Shown in pieces: positions 37,321-64,000 of a DNA stretch of 64,000 nt (the first letter of the stretch is position 1; every line of letters starts with the position of its first letter). The notes under the pieces were generated by a model. The model had not been told where the DNA came from. It saw only the letters and a list, made by a program, of their open reading frames with translations, and ran no database searches. The translations under genes and the position numbers were made by a program. Origin of the DNA: Macrostomum hystrix (Eukaryota; Animalia; Platyhelminthes); assembly GCA_950097015.1 (NCBI GenBank), contig CATNEN010000033.1, positions 2,914,001 through 2,978,000 of the forward strand, read 5' to 3'.

Positions 37321-37959
37321 ACTTACTGCCTCGAATCCCGTCACTCCGCTGTCTCACCAGAGATGAGCAGTTGAGCCGATCCAATCTGTCGTATTTGCCG
37401 ATGCCCCTGTCTCCCACCTATCCACTCGTGAGTGTGAGGTATTTTCGAATCGCTCTGGTTGGCCAGATGGTCTGATGAGAGGGGAGGGTGGGTTGGGGGG
37501 GGGTCAAGGCCTCGGTTACAGGCCTCTAAAAGTGGGCTGGCAAGCGCCAGAGCAAACGGCACAGCCCGCGAGAGCTCGCCACCCAGACACGCCGGATGGA
37601 CACAGCATACACTGCGGCCGATGAGGTAGGATTCAGCAGCCAATGCGCACTTGTACCGCTATTATACTACTCAGTAATAAATTTTATCAGTAGTTCAACT
37701 CGAGCACGGCTTGGCTGCAAATGACTCAATCGATTATCGATCTGAGAGAAAACTGCTCAGAGCATGAGCCCAGATTGGGGCGAATATCGCTGCGCGTGAC
37801 TTCTGTGAGGCTCCCTCAGGGGCTTCTGTCCTTCGGCGATCGCTGCATGGCTTGGGACAAATTGCCCACTTCCCCTTCGGCATGGCTTGCTTGGCTCCCG
37901 TGATTTCCGATTTCTAGGAACTTCTAGGGATTCCGCCGGGAGGGATTTCTCTGCAAGTA

Positions 37960-39070
37960 GAGTGAAACTGAGTGACTGTGGGAGTGACTCAATTCAATGG
38001 TAGAGTGAAACTGAGTGACTGTGGGAGTGACTCAATTCAATGGTAGAGTGAAACTAAGTGACTGTGGGAGTGACTCAATTCAATGGTAGAGTGAAACTGA
38101 GTGACTGTGGGAGTGACTCAATTCAATGGTAGAGTGAAACTGAGTGACTGTGGGAGTGACTCAATTCAATGGTAGAGTGAAACTGAGTGACTGTGGGAGT
38201 GACTCAATTCAATGGTAGAGTGAAACTGAGTGACTGTGGGAGTGACTCAATTCAATGGTAGAGTGAAACTGAGTGACTGTGGGAGTGACTCAATTCAATG
38301 GTAGAGTGAAACTGAGTGACTGTGGGAGTGACTCAATTCAATGGTAGAGTGAAACTGAGTGACTGTGGGAGTGACTCAATTCAATGGTAGAGTGAAACTG
38401 AGTGACTGTGGGAGTGACTCAATTCAATGGTAGAGTGAAACTAAGTGACTGTGGGAGTGACTCAATTCAATGGTAGAGTGAAACTGAGTGACTGTGGGAG
38501 TGACTCAATTCAATGGTAGAGTGAAACTGAGTGACTGTGGGAGTGACTCAATGCAATGGTAGAGTGAAACTGAGTGACTGTGGGAGTGACTCAATTCAAT
38601 GGTAGAGTGAAACTGAGTGACTGTGGGAGTGACTCAATTCAATGGTAGAGTGAAACTGAGTGACTGTGGGAGTGACTCAATTCAATGGTAGAGTGAAACT
38701 GAGTGACTGTGAAAGTGACTCAATGCAATGGTAGAGTGAAACTGAGTGACTGTGGGAGTGAAACTGAGTGACTGTGGGAGTGAAACTGAGTGACTGTGGG
38801 AGTGAAACTGAGTGACTGTGGGAGTGAAACTGAGTGACTGTGGGAGTGAAACTGAGTGACTGTGGGAGTGAAACTGAGTGACTGTGGGAGTGAAACTGAG
38901 TGACTGTGGGAGTGAAACTGAGTGACTGTGGGAGTGAAACTGAGTGACTGTGGGAGTGAAACTGAGTGACTGTGGGAGTGAAACTGAGTGACTGTGGGAG
39001 TGAAACTGAGTGACTGTGGGAGTGACTCAATTCAATGGTAGAGTGAAACTGAGTGACTGTGGGAGTGACT
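37960..39070. repeat. 43-bp minisatellite switching to a 22-bp derivative
   Basis: gtagagtgaaactgagtgactgtgggagtgactcaattcaatg, then (gtgaaactgagtgactgtggga)n from about 38740. Confidence 0.95.
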
Positions 39071-39609
39071 CGCAGATCAACTGCTAGAGGTGATGCTTAC
39101 CAAGCCCAATATGCCCCCTGTCACCTCTATTGACTCGCTGTCTTGCTCTCCCGTATAAAACTCAATTTCCTCATTCAGAGGCCGCCTGAGTCTTGAGTAA
39201 ACTTGAGTATCTTCCCGACGGCTGAGGTCGGCTCAAGAAGAGGGCCCGGGCTGGCCTGTCAGGCGGCCCTTTCCCGAGCCGCAGTCAGCTCTTCATTTAG
39301 CCAGATAAGGCGGGCGGGCGGGTCGGCGGGGATGCGGAGAGGACGGGCCGCAGATGGTCTGAGGCGCCCGCGGTGGCAGCTGGGCCGACGGAAACGAATC
39401 GGGAAATTCTCTCTAGAAATATCCCGTCGCCCCCCCCCCTAGCTGGGAAGAGGACCGGGAACAGACTAGAGGGGAGGGATTGGCGCTGCTGGATCTTATA
39501 AAGCTGAGAAAATGCGGAAAGAATGGCCGCTTCTGTCTCAGATTTGAGTCTGGCATTTGCTGGACTGCCAAGACCAGGTTGCGGTGCCCGCATTTGAATA
39601 GCCTGGCGA

Positions 39610-39678
39610 ATGGCGGAGGCGGACGGGCAAACCGGGTGCCAGCGCCGCTCAGCGGGTGCCGTGGCCGCTGGGCCGGAT
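39610..39678 (+). CDS. Candidate first coding exon D (23 aa, phase-0 donor)
   Basis: MAEADGQTGCQRRSAGAVAAGPD|gtgagt, downstream of a GC-rich, GC-box-containing region (39200-39600). This is the candidate nearest the shared DPP exon. Confidence 0.6.
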
Positions 39679-39699
39679 GTGAGTCGCCGACAGATCCCA

Positions 39700-41945
39700 A
39701 AACTTGACGATCCCAAAACTCAACGCTCCCAAAACTGTAAAATGATCCTAAAACTGTTAAATTATCCCAAAACTGTTGAATTATCCCAAAACTGTTAAAT
39801 GATTCCAAAACTATTAAGTAATCCCAAAACTGTTAAATGATCCCAAAACTGTTAAATGATCCCAAAACTGTTAAATGATCCCAAAACTGTTAAATGATCC
39901 CAAAACTGTTAAATGATCCCAAAACTGTTAAATGATCCCAAAACTGTTAAATGATCCCAAAACTGTTAAATGATCCCAAAACACAACGTTCCCAAAACTC
40001 GACGATCCCAAAACTCAACGATCCCAAAACTCGACGATCCCAAAACTCGACGATGACAAAACTTGACGTTCCCAAAACTCAACGATCCCAAAACTCAACG
40101 ATCCCAAAACTCAACGATCCCAAAACTCGACGATGACAAAACTCAACGATCCCAAAACTCAACGATCCCAAAACTCGACGATCCCAAAACTCAACGATCC
40201 CAAAACTCAAGGATCCCAAAACTCGACGTTCCCAAAACTCGACGATCCCAAAACTCGACGATCCCAAAACTCAACGATCCCAAAACTCAACGATCCCAAA
40301 ACTCGACGATCCCAAAACTCAACGATCCCAAAACTCGACGATCCCAAAACTCAACGATCCCAAAACTCGACGATCCTAAAACTCGACGATCCCAAAACTC
40401 GACGATCCCAAAACTCGACGATGACAAAACTCGACGTTCCCAAAACTCAACGATCCCAAAACTCAACGATCCCAAAACTCAACGATCCCAAAACTCAACG
40501 ATCCCAAAACTCGACGATCCCAAAACTCGACGATGACAAAACTCAACGATCCCAAAACTCGACGATCCCAAAACTCGACGATCCCAAAACTCGACGATCC
40601 CAAAACTCGACGATCCCAAAACTCGACGATGACAAAACTCGACGTTCCCAAAACTCAACGATCCCAAAACTCAACGATCCCAAAACTCAACGATCCCAAA
40701 ACTCGACGTTCCCAAAACTCGACGTTCCCAAAACTCAACGATCCCAAAACTCAACGATCCCAAAACTCGACGATCCCAAAACTCGACGATCCCAAAACTC
40801 AACGATCCCAAAACTCAAGGATCCCAAAACTCAACGATCCCAAAACTCGACGATCCCAAAACTCGACGATCCCAAAACTCGACGTTCCCAAAACTCAACG
40901 ATCCCAAAACTCAACGATCCCAAAACTCGACGATCCCAAAACTCGACGATGACAAAACTCAACGATCCCAAAACTCGACGATCCCAAAACTCAACGATCC
41001 CAAAACTCAACGATGCCAAAACTCAACGATCCCAAAACTCAACGATCCCAAAACTCGACGATCCCAAAACTCAACGATCCCAAAACTCAAGGATCCCAAA
41101 ACTCGACGTTCCCAAAACTCAACGATCCCAAAACTCGACGATCCCAAAACTCAACGATCCCAAAACTCAACGATCCCAAAACTCGACGATCCCAAAACTC
41201 AACGATCCCAAAACTCGACGATCCCAAAACTCGACGATCCCAAAACTCGACGATCCTAAAACTCGACGATCCCAAAACTCGACGATCCCAAAACTCGACG
41301 ATGACAAAACTCGACGTTCCCAAAACTCAACGATCCCAAAACTCAACGATCCCAAAACTCAACGATCCCAAAACTCAACGATCCCAAAACTCGACGATCC
41401 CAAAACTCGACGATGACAAAACTCAACGATCCCAAAACTCGACGATCCCAAAACTCGACGATCCCAAAACTCGACGATCCCAAAACTCGACGATGACAAA
41501 ACTCGACGTTCCCAAAACTCAACGATCCCAAAACTCAACGATCCCAAAACTCAACGATCCCAAAACTCGACGTTCCCAAAACTCGACGTTCCCAAAACTC
41601 AAGGATCCCAAAACTCAACGATCCCAAAACTCGACGATCCCAAAACTCGACGATCCCAAAACTCGACGTTCCCAAAACTCAACGATCCCAAAACTCAACG
41701 ATCCCAAAACTCGACGATCCCAAAACTCGACGATGACAAAACTCAACGATCCCAAAACTCGACGATCCCAAAACTCAACGATCCCAAAACTCAACGATGC
41801 CAAAACTCAACGATCCCAAAACTCAACGATCCCAAAACTCGACGTTCCCAAAACTCAACGATCCCGAAACTCAACGATCCCAAAACTCGACGTTCCCAAA
41901 ACTCAACGATCCCAAAACTCGACGTTCCCAAAACTCAACGATCCC
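39700..41945. repeat. 19-bp then 16-bp minisatellite (gatcccaaaactcaac) with higher-order duplication
   Basis: Rare variants recur at an 880-bp offset (40201/41081; 40371/41251). Confidence 0.97.
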
Positions 41946-42026
41946 ACTTAGAGTTGATGACACGAAAGTTCAAATTCGGATCCAGTCAGCTGTCAAGGAT
42001 TAACAAAAACCCGTCCATCCCATCAG

Positions 42027-56860
<14,834 letters not shown>

Positions 56861-57074
56861 TTTTTTTCTCAGTTTACCGTCTCATTACCTTGTCCAATCT
56901 GTGTACTTTACTTGCGTACTTTAGACTGCGTGACCAGCCATTTGCCGCATGGCGTTTGGCAACCAGTTCCATATCGAACTTGCTTTGTGCCCATTTGTTC
57001 TTGCGCGCGAGCCTTGTCTGTCTGCCCATTTAATCCTTTGTGAATTAAGTCGACATATAAATAACTAAGACTCA

Positions 57075-57450
57075 TAGCGAGCACACTTGACTCGGAGTGA
57101 GCACACTTGACTCATTGTTAGCACACTTGACTCATTGTGAGCACACTTGACTCATTGTGAGCACACTTGACTCATTGTTAGCACACTTGACTCATTGTTA
57201 GCACACTTGACTCATTGTTAGCACACTTGACTCATTGTGAGCACACTTGACTCATTGTTAGCACACTTGACTCATTGTGAGCACACTTGACTCATTGTGA
57301 GCACACTTGACTCATTGTGAGCACACTTGACTCATTGTGAGCACACTTGACTCATTGTGAGCGCACTTGACTCATTTTGAGCACACTTGACTCATTGTGA
57401 GCACACTTGACTCATTGTGAGCACACTTGACTCATTGTGAGCACACTTGT
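57075..57450. repeat. 20-bp array (gcacacttgactcattgtga) containing TGACTCA
   Basis: 17 units contain TGACTCA. Confidence 0.95.
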
Positions 57451-57894
57451 GAGTACACAAGCTATCATCAATCCAGACCAAAGTGATTGTCGTGACTCTG
57501 ACCCTACGCACTTTCAGTCTTGCACATACTTCATAAATAGATCCCATGATTAGTAATATGAATAGTTTATATAGTAAATTTGACTTGTTTTTTTATGCAG
57601 CAAATTGGCATGCTTCGTTTCGTCCTTGAATTCCTGTAATTCGGTCCGCTGTCCCCTCGCGAGGTAAAATATCCTATTTTCTTTTGCAGCTAATAGCCAA
57701 ACAGCCAGTATTAGTGAGTTACTTCTGACCCGCTAGAGCACCAATCAATATTGATGGCAAAAAATAAACTAATAAACCCCAGGATTGCTCTACCTCCGAT
57801 TGGCTGATGGATAATGCGCACCTTGATTTTCAGCCTTTAGCTTTCAGTAATTCTTTGGCTTGGGTTAATTGAATTCGCGACTCCTTGCTGCCCG

Positions 57895-59070
57895 AAGAGT
57901 GTAGCTGGGGCGGATTGTGTGTAGCTGGGGGCGGATTGAGTGTAGCTGGGGGCGGATTGAGTGTAGCTGGGAGCGGATTGAGTGTAGCAGGGGGCTGATT
58001 GAGTGTTGCTGGGAGCGGATTGTGTGTAGCTGGGTGCGGATTGAGTGTAGCTGGGAGCGGATTGAGTGTAGCTGGGAGCGGATTGAGTCTAGCTGGGAGC
58101 GGATTGAGTGTAGCAGGGGGCTGATTGAGTGTTGCTGGGAGCGGATTGTGTGTAGCTGGGTGCGGATTGAGTGTAGCTGGGAGCGGATTGAGTGTAGCTG
58201 GGAGCGGATTGAGTGTAGCTGGGAGCGGATTGAGTGTAGCTCGGAGCGGAGTATGTGTAGCTCGGAGCGGAGTATGTGTAGCTGGGAGCGGAGTATGTGT
58301 AGCTTGGAGCGGAGTATGTGTAGCTTGGAGCGGAGTATGTGTAGCTGGGAGCGGAGTATGTGTAGCTCGGAGCGGAGTATGTGTAGCTGGGAGCGGATTG
58401 AGTGTAGCTGGGAGCGGATTGAGTGTAGCTGGGAGCGGAGTTTGTGCAGCTCGGAGCGGAGTATGTGTAGCTGGGAGCGGAGTATGTGTAGCTGGGAGCG
58501 GAGTATGTGTAGCTGGGAGCGGAGTATGTGTAGCTCGGAGCGGAGTATGTGTAGCTCGGAGCGGAGTATGTGTAGCGGGGAGCGGAGTATGTGTAGCTGG
58601 GAGCGGAGTATGTGTAGCTGGGAGCGGAGTATGTGTAGCTCGGAGCGGAGTATGTGTAGCTCGGAGCGGAGTATGTGTAGCTCGGAGCGGAGTATGTGTA
58701 ACTGGGAGCGGAGTATGTGTAGCTGGGAGCGGAGTATGTGTAACTGGGAGCGGAGTATGAGTAGCTGGGAGCGGAGTATGTGTAGCTGGGAGCGGAGTAT
58801 GTGTAGCTGGGAGCGGAGTATGTGTAGCTGGGAGCGGAGTATGAGTAGCTGGGAGCGGAGTACGTGTAGCTGGGAGCGGAGTATGTGTAGCTCGGAGCGG
58901 AGTATGTGCAGCTGGGAGCGGAGTATGAGTAGCTGGGAGCGGAGTATGTGCAGCTGGGAGCGGAGTATGAGTAGCTGGGAGCGGAGTATGTGTAGCTGGG
59001 AGCGGAGTATGTGTAGCTGGGAGCGGAGTATGTGTAGCTGGAATCGGAGTATGTGTAGCTGGGAGCGGAT
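57895..59070. repeat. 20-21-bp array, same family as 51510-53825
   Basis: gcggattgagtgtagctggga and gcggagtatgtgtagctggga units. Confidence 0.97.
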
Positions 59071-59459
59071 TGAAAATAGAAATGGGCATACTTACGGACA
59101 GACATACTTCTATATCGTATTTTATATATCCTATTCATATTTTTGAACAAACAGAGAACCCAGAAGCAGCAGCACAGGCATCGACGACGATGACGACGTT
59201 CACAATCAATGCAGAGCATCCGCTGCTGAACTGCAAACAGCCATCACACCGCCAGCAGCGGTCGAGTTGTCTCGAGACTCAAAGCGGAAACCTTAAATGC
59301 AAGCGAGCTCAGTCCACAAAAAATGTCAACATGAACACTAACAGACAGTTTGCCAACAGCAATGCTATTTTGCCTCACTCGGTGACTGCCGGCGAGCTGC
59401 CAATCTGAACTATTGATTTCACATTGGTCCCTGGCTGCTTGATAAACCTGTTGGACTCA

Positions 59460-59930
59460 GCTTGTCACTCTGAGCACATTGTCACTCTGAACACCTTGTC
59501 ACTCTGAGCACATTGTCACTCTGAACACCTTGTCACTCTGAGCACATTGTCACTCTGAGCACCTTGTCACTCTGAGCACCTTGTCACTCTGAGCACATTG
59601 TCACTCTGAGCACCTTGTCACTCTGAGCACCTTGTCACTCTGAGAACCTTGTCACTCTGAGCACCTTGTCACTCTGAGCACCTTGTCACTCTGAACACCT
59701 TGTCACTCTGAGCACCTTGTCACTCTGAGCACCTTGTCACTCTGAGCACCTTGTCACTCTGAGCACATTGTCACTCTGAACACCTTGTCACTCTGAGCGC
59801 CTTGTCACTCTGAGCACCTTGTCACTCTGAGCACATTGTCACTCTGAGCTCCTTGTCACTCTGAGTACCTTGTCACTCTGAGCACCTTGTCACTCTGAGC
59901 ACATTGTCACTCTGAGCGCATTTGTCACTT
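59460..59930. repeat. 17-bp array (ttgtcactctgagcacc), repeated in the intron at 60780-60920
   Basis: Directly visible. Confidence 0.95.
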
Positions 59931-59960
59931 TAATAAATAGTAATATTTGACTGCTTCCAG

Positions 59961-60030
59961 TGGAGTCGGGAATCGAACCACCGACCTTACAGTCATGAAT
60001 GAGTAATGACGCTGTAACCACTGGGATACA
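59961..60030 (-). pseudogene. tRNA-like sequence (tRNA pseudogene or SINE head)
   Basis: Minus strand tgtatcccagtggttacagcg...aaggtcggtggttcgattcccgactcca: box-A-like TATCCCAGTGG and box B GGTTCGATTCC. The T-stem pairs poorly, so it is not called as a functional tRNA. Confidence 0.55.
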
Positions 60031-60090
60031 AAGTATCTCTACACACCTTGTCAGTCTCGCTGTCGTGTGACTGTCGGCTCATCTAATCTA

Positions 60091-60426
60091 CGCGTTTGCC
60101 TCTTGCACCAAGGTCCCTAAGCCCGATTCCACGGCGAGGCCACATTTATTTGGGGCGCAGCCGCGGAGAGAAGGCTTGGGGGCTTGTCGTGCAATTTACG
60201 TCCTTGGGGGCCAACCTCCAAGGCACAATGAAATGTACACTGCCTGACGATGAGAAAGTCAGGGCAGGTGTACACACCTGTGTGAGCGTGTGCCTGCGTA
60301 CAGTATCTGTGTGCGTGTGTGCTCAGGAGTCAGCGAAATAGGCAGATCCTCGCTGGCTGCGGGTCGAGTGTCACCAAATGATGTGCCACTGCCCGCAGAC
60401 CTCTTGCAATTATCATTATTATTTTT
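60091..60426 (+). mobile_element. Second copy of the tRNA-derived SINE, lacking box A
   Basis: Highly similar by eye to 23614-23950. Ends in attatcattattattttt. Confidence 0.85.
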
Positions 60427-60660
60427 AAGCTACACAATCTTATCTCAATCATCCAAATTCTTTCAACCCTGTACAACATGCTTTATTCTAATTGGCCACC
60501 AATGTTACTGTCTTACCACGAAATTTCTTTTCCACAATTTTAATAAAATTTGCTCAAGCCCCTTGCACTCAAAGTTGCATTTTCACACATTCCGCTTGTC
60601 GACGACGGGAGCAATCTCTCAGCTTTAAAGTGCGAACTGATTGAGACCAAAAATTAGGAC

Positions 60661-62419
60661 ATGACAGCAAACCAACTGCATCAGTTACTGATCCTGGCAG
60701 CAATTTTGCTGACTGCGGTGATGACCCCAGCAGCGGCATGTGAGATTCTAAACTCAGTGCTAATGTTACACCACATAACTTGTCACTCTGAGCACCTTGT
60801 CACTCTGAGCACCTTGTCACTCTGAGCACCTTGTCACTCTGAGCACCTTGTCACTCTGAGCGCCTTGTCACTCTGAGCGCCTTGTCACTCTGAGCACCTT
60901 GTCACTCTGAGCGCCTTGTCACCCCCAGACGGCTGCAGCTACGAGCAGGGGCGCAGCGTGGAGGCAGCTGGCGCGATGTCATCGCAGGTGGCAGCCCGAA
61001 GCCTGGTCGAGTGCGCCACGCTGTGCACCGGCTGGACTGGCTGCCGTTGGTTCGACTTCAGCCACCAACGCCAGGCATGCTGCATGGCTGACGGCCCCGT
61101 CGACTGCTGGCGCTCTGGCGATGCTGCAGTCAGCGCGTTCAACGAGCTCACGAGCACCTGCTACACCTCAGGTGGCGATCCTCTATAACTGATAAGTGTG
61201 CTCAAGCGGCAGCTTAGTGAGACTCTGCCTTGCTTAGTGCTTAGTGAGACTCTTCAACTCATTACAGAGCCCTGCCCCAAGCAGACTGTGTCAGGCCAGC
61301 AGCGATATTGCGTCATCATGCAGAGGCTCAGCGACTCCGTGCCGTTCAACAGGACCTGGGCTGAGTACAAGAATGGCTTTGGGGACTCTCGGAACTGGTG
61401 GATTGGTGAGCAGTGGGATGGGTGAGCAGTGGGGATGGGTGTGCAGTGGGATCGGTGAGCAGTGGGGATGGGTGAGCAGTGGTAGTTGAGAATGGGTGAG
61501 CAGTGGGGATGGGTGAGCAGTGGGGATTGGTGAGCAGTGGGGATGGGTGAGCAGTGGGATGGGTGAGCAGTGGGGATGGGTGAGCAGTGGGGATGGGTGA
61601 GCAGTGGGGATGGGTGAGCAGTGGCGATGGGTGAGCAGTGGGGATGGGTGAGCAGTGGGGATTGGTGAGCAGTGGGGATGGGTGAGCAGTGGGATGGGTG
61701 AGCAGTGGGGATGGGTGAGCAGTGGGGATGGGTGAGCAGTGGGGATGGGTGAGCAGTGGCGATGGGTGAGCAGTGGGGATGGGTGAGCAGTGGGGATGGG
61801 TGAGCAGTGGTAGTTGAGAATGGGTGAGCAGTGGTAGTTGAGAATGGGTGAGCAGTGGTAGTTGAGAATGGGTGAGCAGTGGTAGTTGAGAATGGGTGAG
61901 CAGTGGTAGTTGAGAATGGGTGAGCAGTGTGAATGAGTCAGTCGTCACTGGCACCCCACCTGTCACTCACTCACTCAATCGTTGCTCTCAGGTCTGCAGA
62001 CGATCTTCGCGCTGACAGCAAGTGGCTTGCAGACGCTGAGGGTGGAGATGACCTCCTGGGACAATCTGAGCTACTTCTGCGAGCACCCGAACTTCACTGT
62101 GCAGAGCGGTCTCACGAACTACACCATGACAGTGTCTCCGTTCCTCAGTGACCGCTGCAGTGTCAACAATGACGCCCTGCTGTACCACTCCGGCATGCAG
62201 TTCTCCACCATCGATGTCGACAATGACGCAGTTGGCGGGCAGGCCTGCGCCAGCGTGCGGGGCGGGGGCGGCTGGTGGTACCGCAGCTGCATGATGCCAA
62301 ATCCCACTGGAATCTACTCACATGAGTACATTTACTTCAGGAGCAACATGTTCTGGAAACTGCAGTCTGGTGATGTGCCAATGAGGCAGATAAGGCTGCT
62401 GCTGCGCATAGTTCTGTGA
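60661..62419 (+). CDS. Secreted fibrinogen-related protein (signal peptide, PAN/apple-like domain, FReD), 295 aa, 4 exons
   Basis: Exons 60661-60739, 60929-61171, 61268-61405, 61992-62419 (888 nt, all phase-1 GT-AG introns). Signal MTANQLHQLLILAAILLTAVMTPAAA; ARSLVECATLCTGWTGCRWFDF..C; VIMQR..SVPFNRTWAEYKNGFGD..WWIG; LRVEMTSWD; YHSGMQFSTIDVDND; GGGWWYRSC. Confidence 0.9.
61406..61930. repeat. Intronic about 17-bp array (gggtgagcagtggggat) beginning at the splice donor
   Basis: About 30 units, most containing g/GTGAGC. Confidence 0.95.
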
Positions 62420-63374
62420 CGTCAGTTCAAATTCCTACTTTGCAACAATAGTACAGGGACAGTAAAACTGCGCATTTTCTCTCTTACACAGCAATGACAG
62501 TTTTCAGAGTAGTAAAGCTACTTGGCATAAAACAGCGGCCAAAACCTTTGCTAGGGAATGCATTTTTCTTAAAAAATAATTTGTTGTCTAATTGCTGCTC
62601 TGTCCCAGGCCGTCTGTGTGCACAAAATTAATGAGCATTAATGAGACTTTAGGTATTTCTTTTTTCCGCCACCTCCTTCGCGTTCTCTATTTTCCTCTCA
62701 CTCTTCTCTGTGTCACTATGGAAACCAACTGTTTTCCCTGTCTTAGAGTGTTTGTCAACTTCACCGACAGCAAGCCTGCTTTTTCGGCTAATGAAGAATA
62801 CATTGATACTCAATACTCAATAGACTACTCGCAGTAGCAAGCACAGAAAATTGGCGACAAAGTTCGATGGCATCCTCTGTCAACCAGTCAATGTGAGTAA
62901 GTGTTCCGATATATACTGGGCTAACAATCTATCTGCCCTCTAATCCTTTTTACTTCCTGCCTATTTCCCAAACTTTATATTCAATGTGGATAAACTCTAT
63001 CATCGACAAATGACAAATGAAACGACAAATAAACGCGCAGAGGTGGCAAAAAAGTATGCGGCATGGAGAATCTTATCACCTGCACAGGATCAGGCAGTCT
63101 GCTTCTGAGCACTTTTATTCAGCAGCGCACAGGTGGTCTCAGTTGCTAGGGAGCGAGTTGCACTAGCATTCCGAACATTTCAGTGCCTGAGCACGGCACA
63201 GGTTGGAGATGCGAGTCAGTTAAAAGCGGTTAAATAATGACCTGACTAAGTAAATTCGCTGAGAGCCGTACATCGAAAAGGGTAAAGTCATAGAGGACAA
63301 ATGTGCTAAACTTTCATTAATAATACATACAAAAGTTTCTCCAATGCCAGGGCACTAAAACTAAAACACTCTCT

Positions 63375-63580
63375 CCCTCTCTCTTGCTATTGGCTGGCGA
63401 GCCACCCTCTCTCCTTTCACTCTCTCCCTCTCTCTTGCTATTGGCTGGCGAGCCACCCTCTCTCCTTTCACTCTCTCCCTCTCTCTTGCTATTGGCTGGC
63501 GAGCCACCCTCTCTCCTTTCACTCTCTCCCTCTCTCTCTTGCTATTGGCTGGCGAGCCACCCTCTCCCCTTTCACTCTCT
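63375..63580. repeat. 51-bp repeat x4 containing ATTGG and a ggctggcgagcc hairpin
   Basis: Directly visible. Confidence 0.9.
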
Positions 63581-63719
63581 CCCAATGCACATTCCGACTA
63601 GTTCGCGCTTGCTTATCTTATTCACACGTGAGTCGCTAACAATTACACCAATACAAATGGTAAATTTGAAAAGCTCATTCTTAGCCTATTTACGACACGA
63701 CGAAATCCGCAGACGAAAC

Positions 63720-64000
63720 TACCCACCACCCCATAGATTGCACCCACCACCCATAGATTTCACCCACCACCCCATAGATTGCACCCACCACCCATAGATT
63801 TCACCCACCACCCCATAGATTGCACCCACCACCCCATAGATTGCACCCAACACCCCATGGATTGCATCTACCACCCCATGGATTGCATCTACCACCCCAT
63901 GGATTGCACCACCACCCCATAGATAGCACCCAACACCCCATGGATTGCATCTACCACCCCATGGATTGCATCTACCACCCCATGGATTGCATCTACCACC
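63720..64000. repeat. 22-bp array (cacccaccaccccatagattg), runs off the window end
   Basis: Directly visible. Confidence 0.9.

Overview
Eukaryotic (invertebrate animal) genomic DNA with GT-AG spliceosomal introns and a very high tandem-repeat load. The style fits a flatworm such as Macrostomum, but that is an unverified inference. 1-13 kb is a nest of mostly dead mobile elements: a non-LTR APE endonuclease remnant, two diverged IS630/Tc1-like DDE transposase pseudogenes (both DD32E spacing), three Crypton/DUF3504-type tyrosine recombinase remnants (two head-to-head, each bracketed by CCATAGAC...GTCTATGG), and a probable non-autonomous Helitron carrying minisatellites. 13-40 kb is dominated by unrelated minisatellites, with a small orphan membrane-protein ORF, a tRNA-derived SINE with a TSD, scattered exons, and four candidate phase-0 first exons. 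42-57 kb holds a 16-exon + strand DPP4/DPP6/DPP10-family (S9B) peptidase gene with an intact Ser-Asp-His triad, assembled by hand with consistent phases (2520 nt). 60.7-62.4 kb holds a 4-exon secreted PAN/apple-like plus fibrinogen-domain gene. Nearly all long ORFs in the supplied track are tandem-repeat artefacts. No CRISPR array, rRNA or intact tRNA was found. All family calls come from motif recognition by eye, without database searches.
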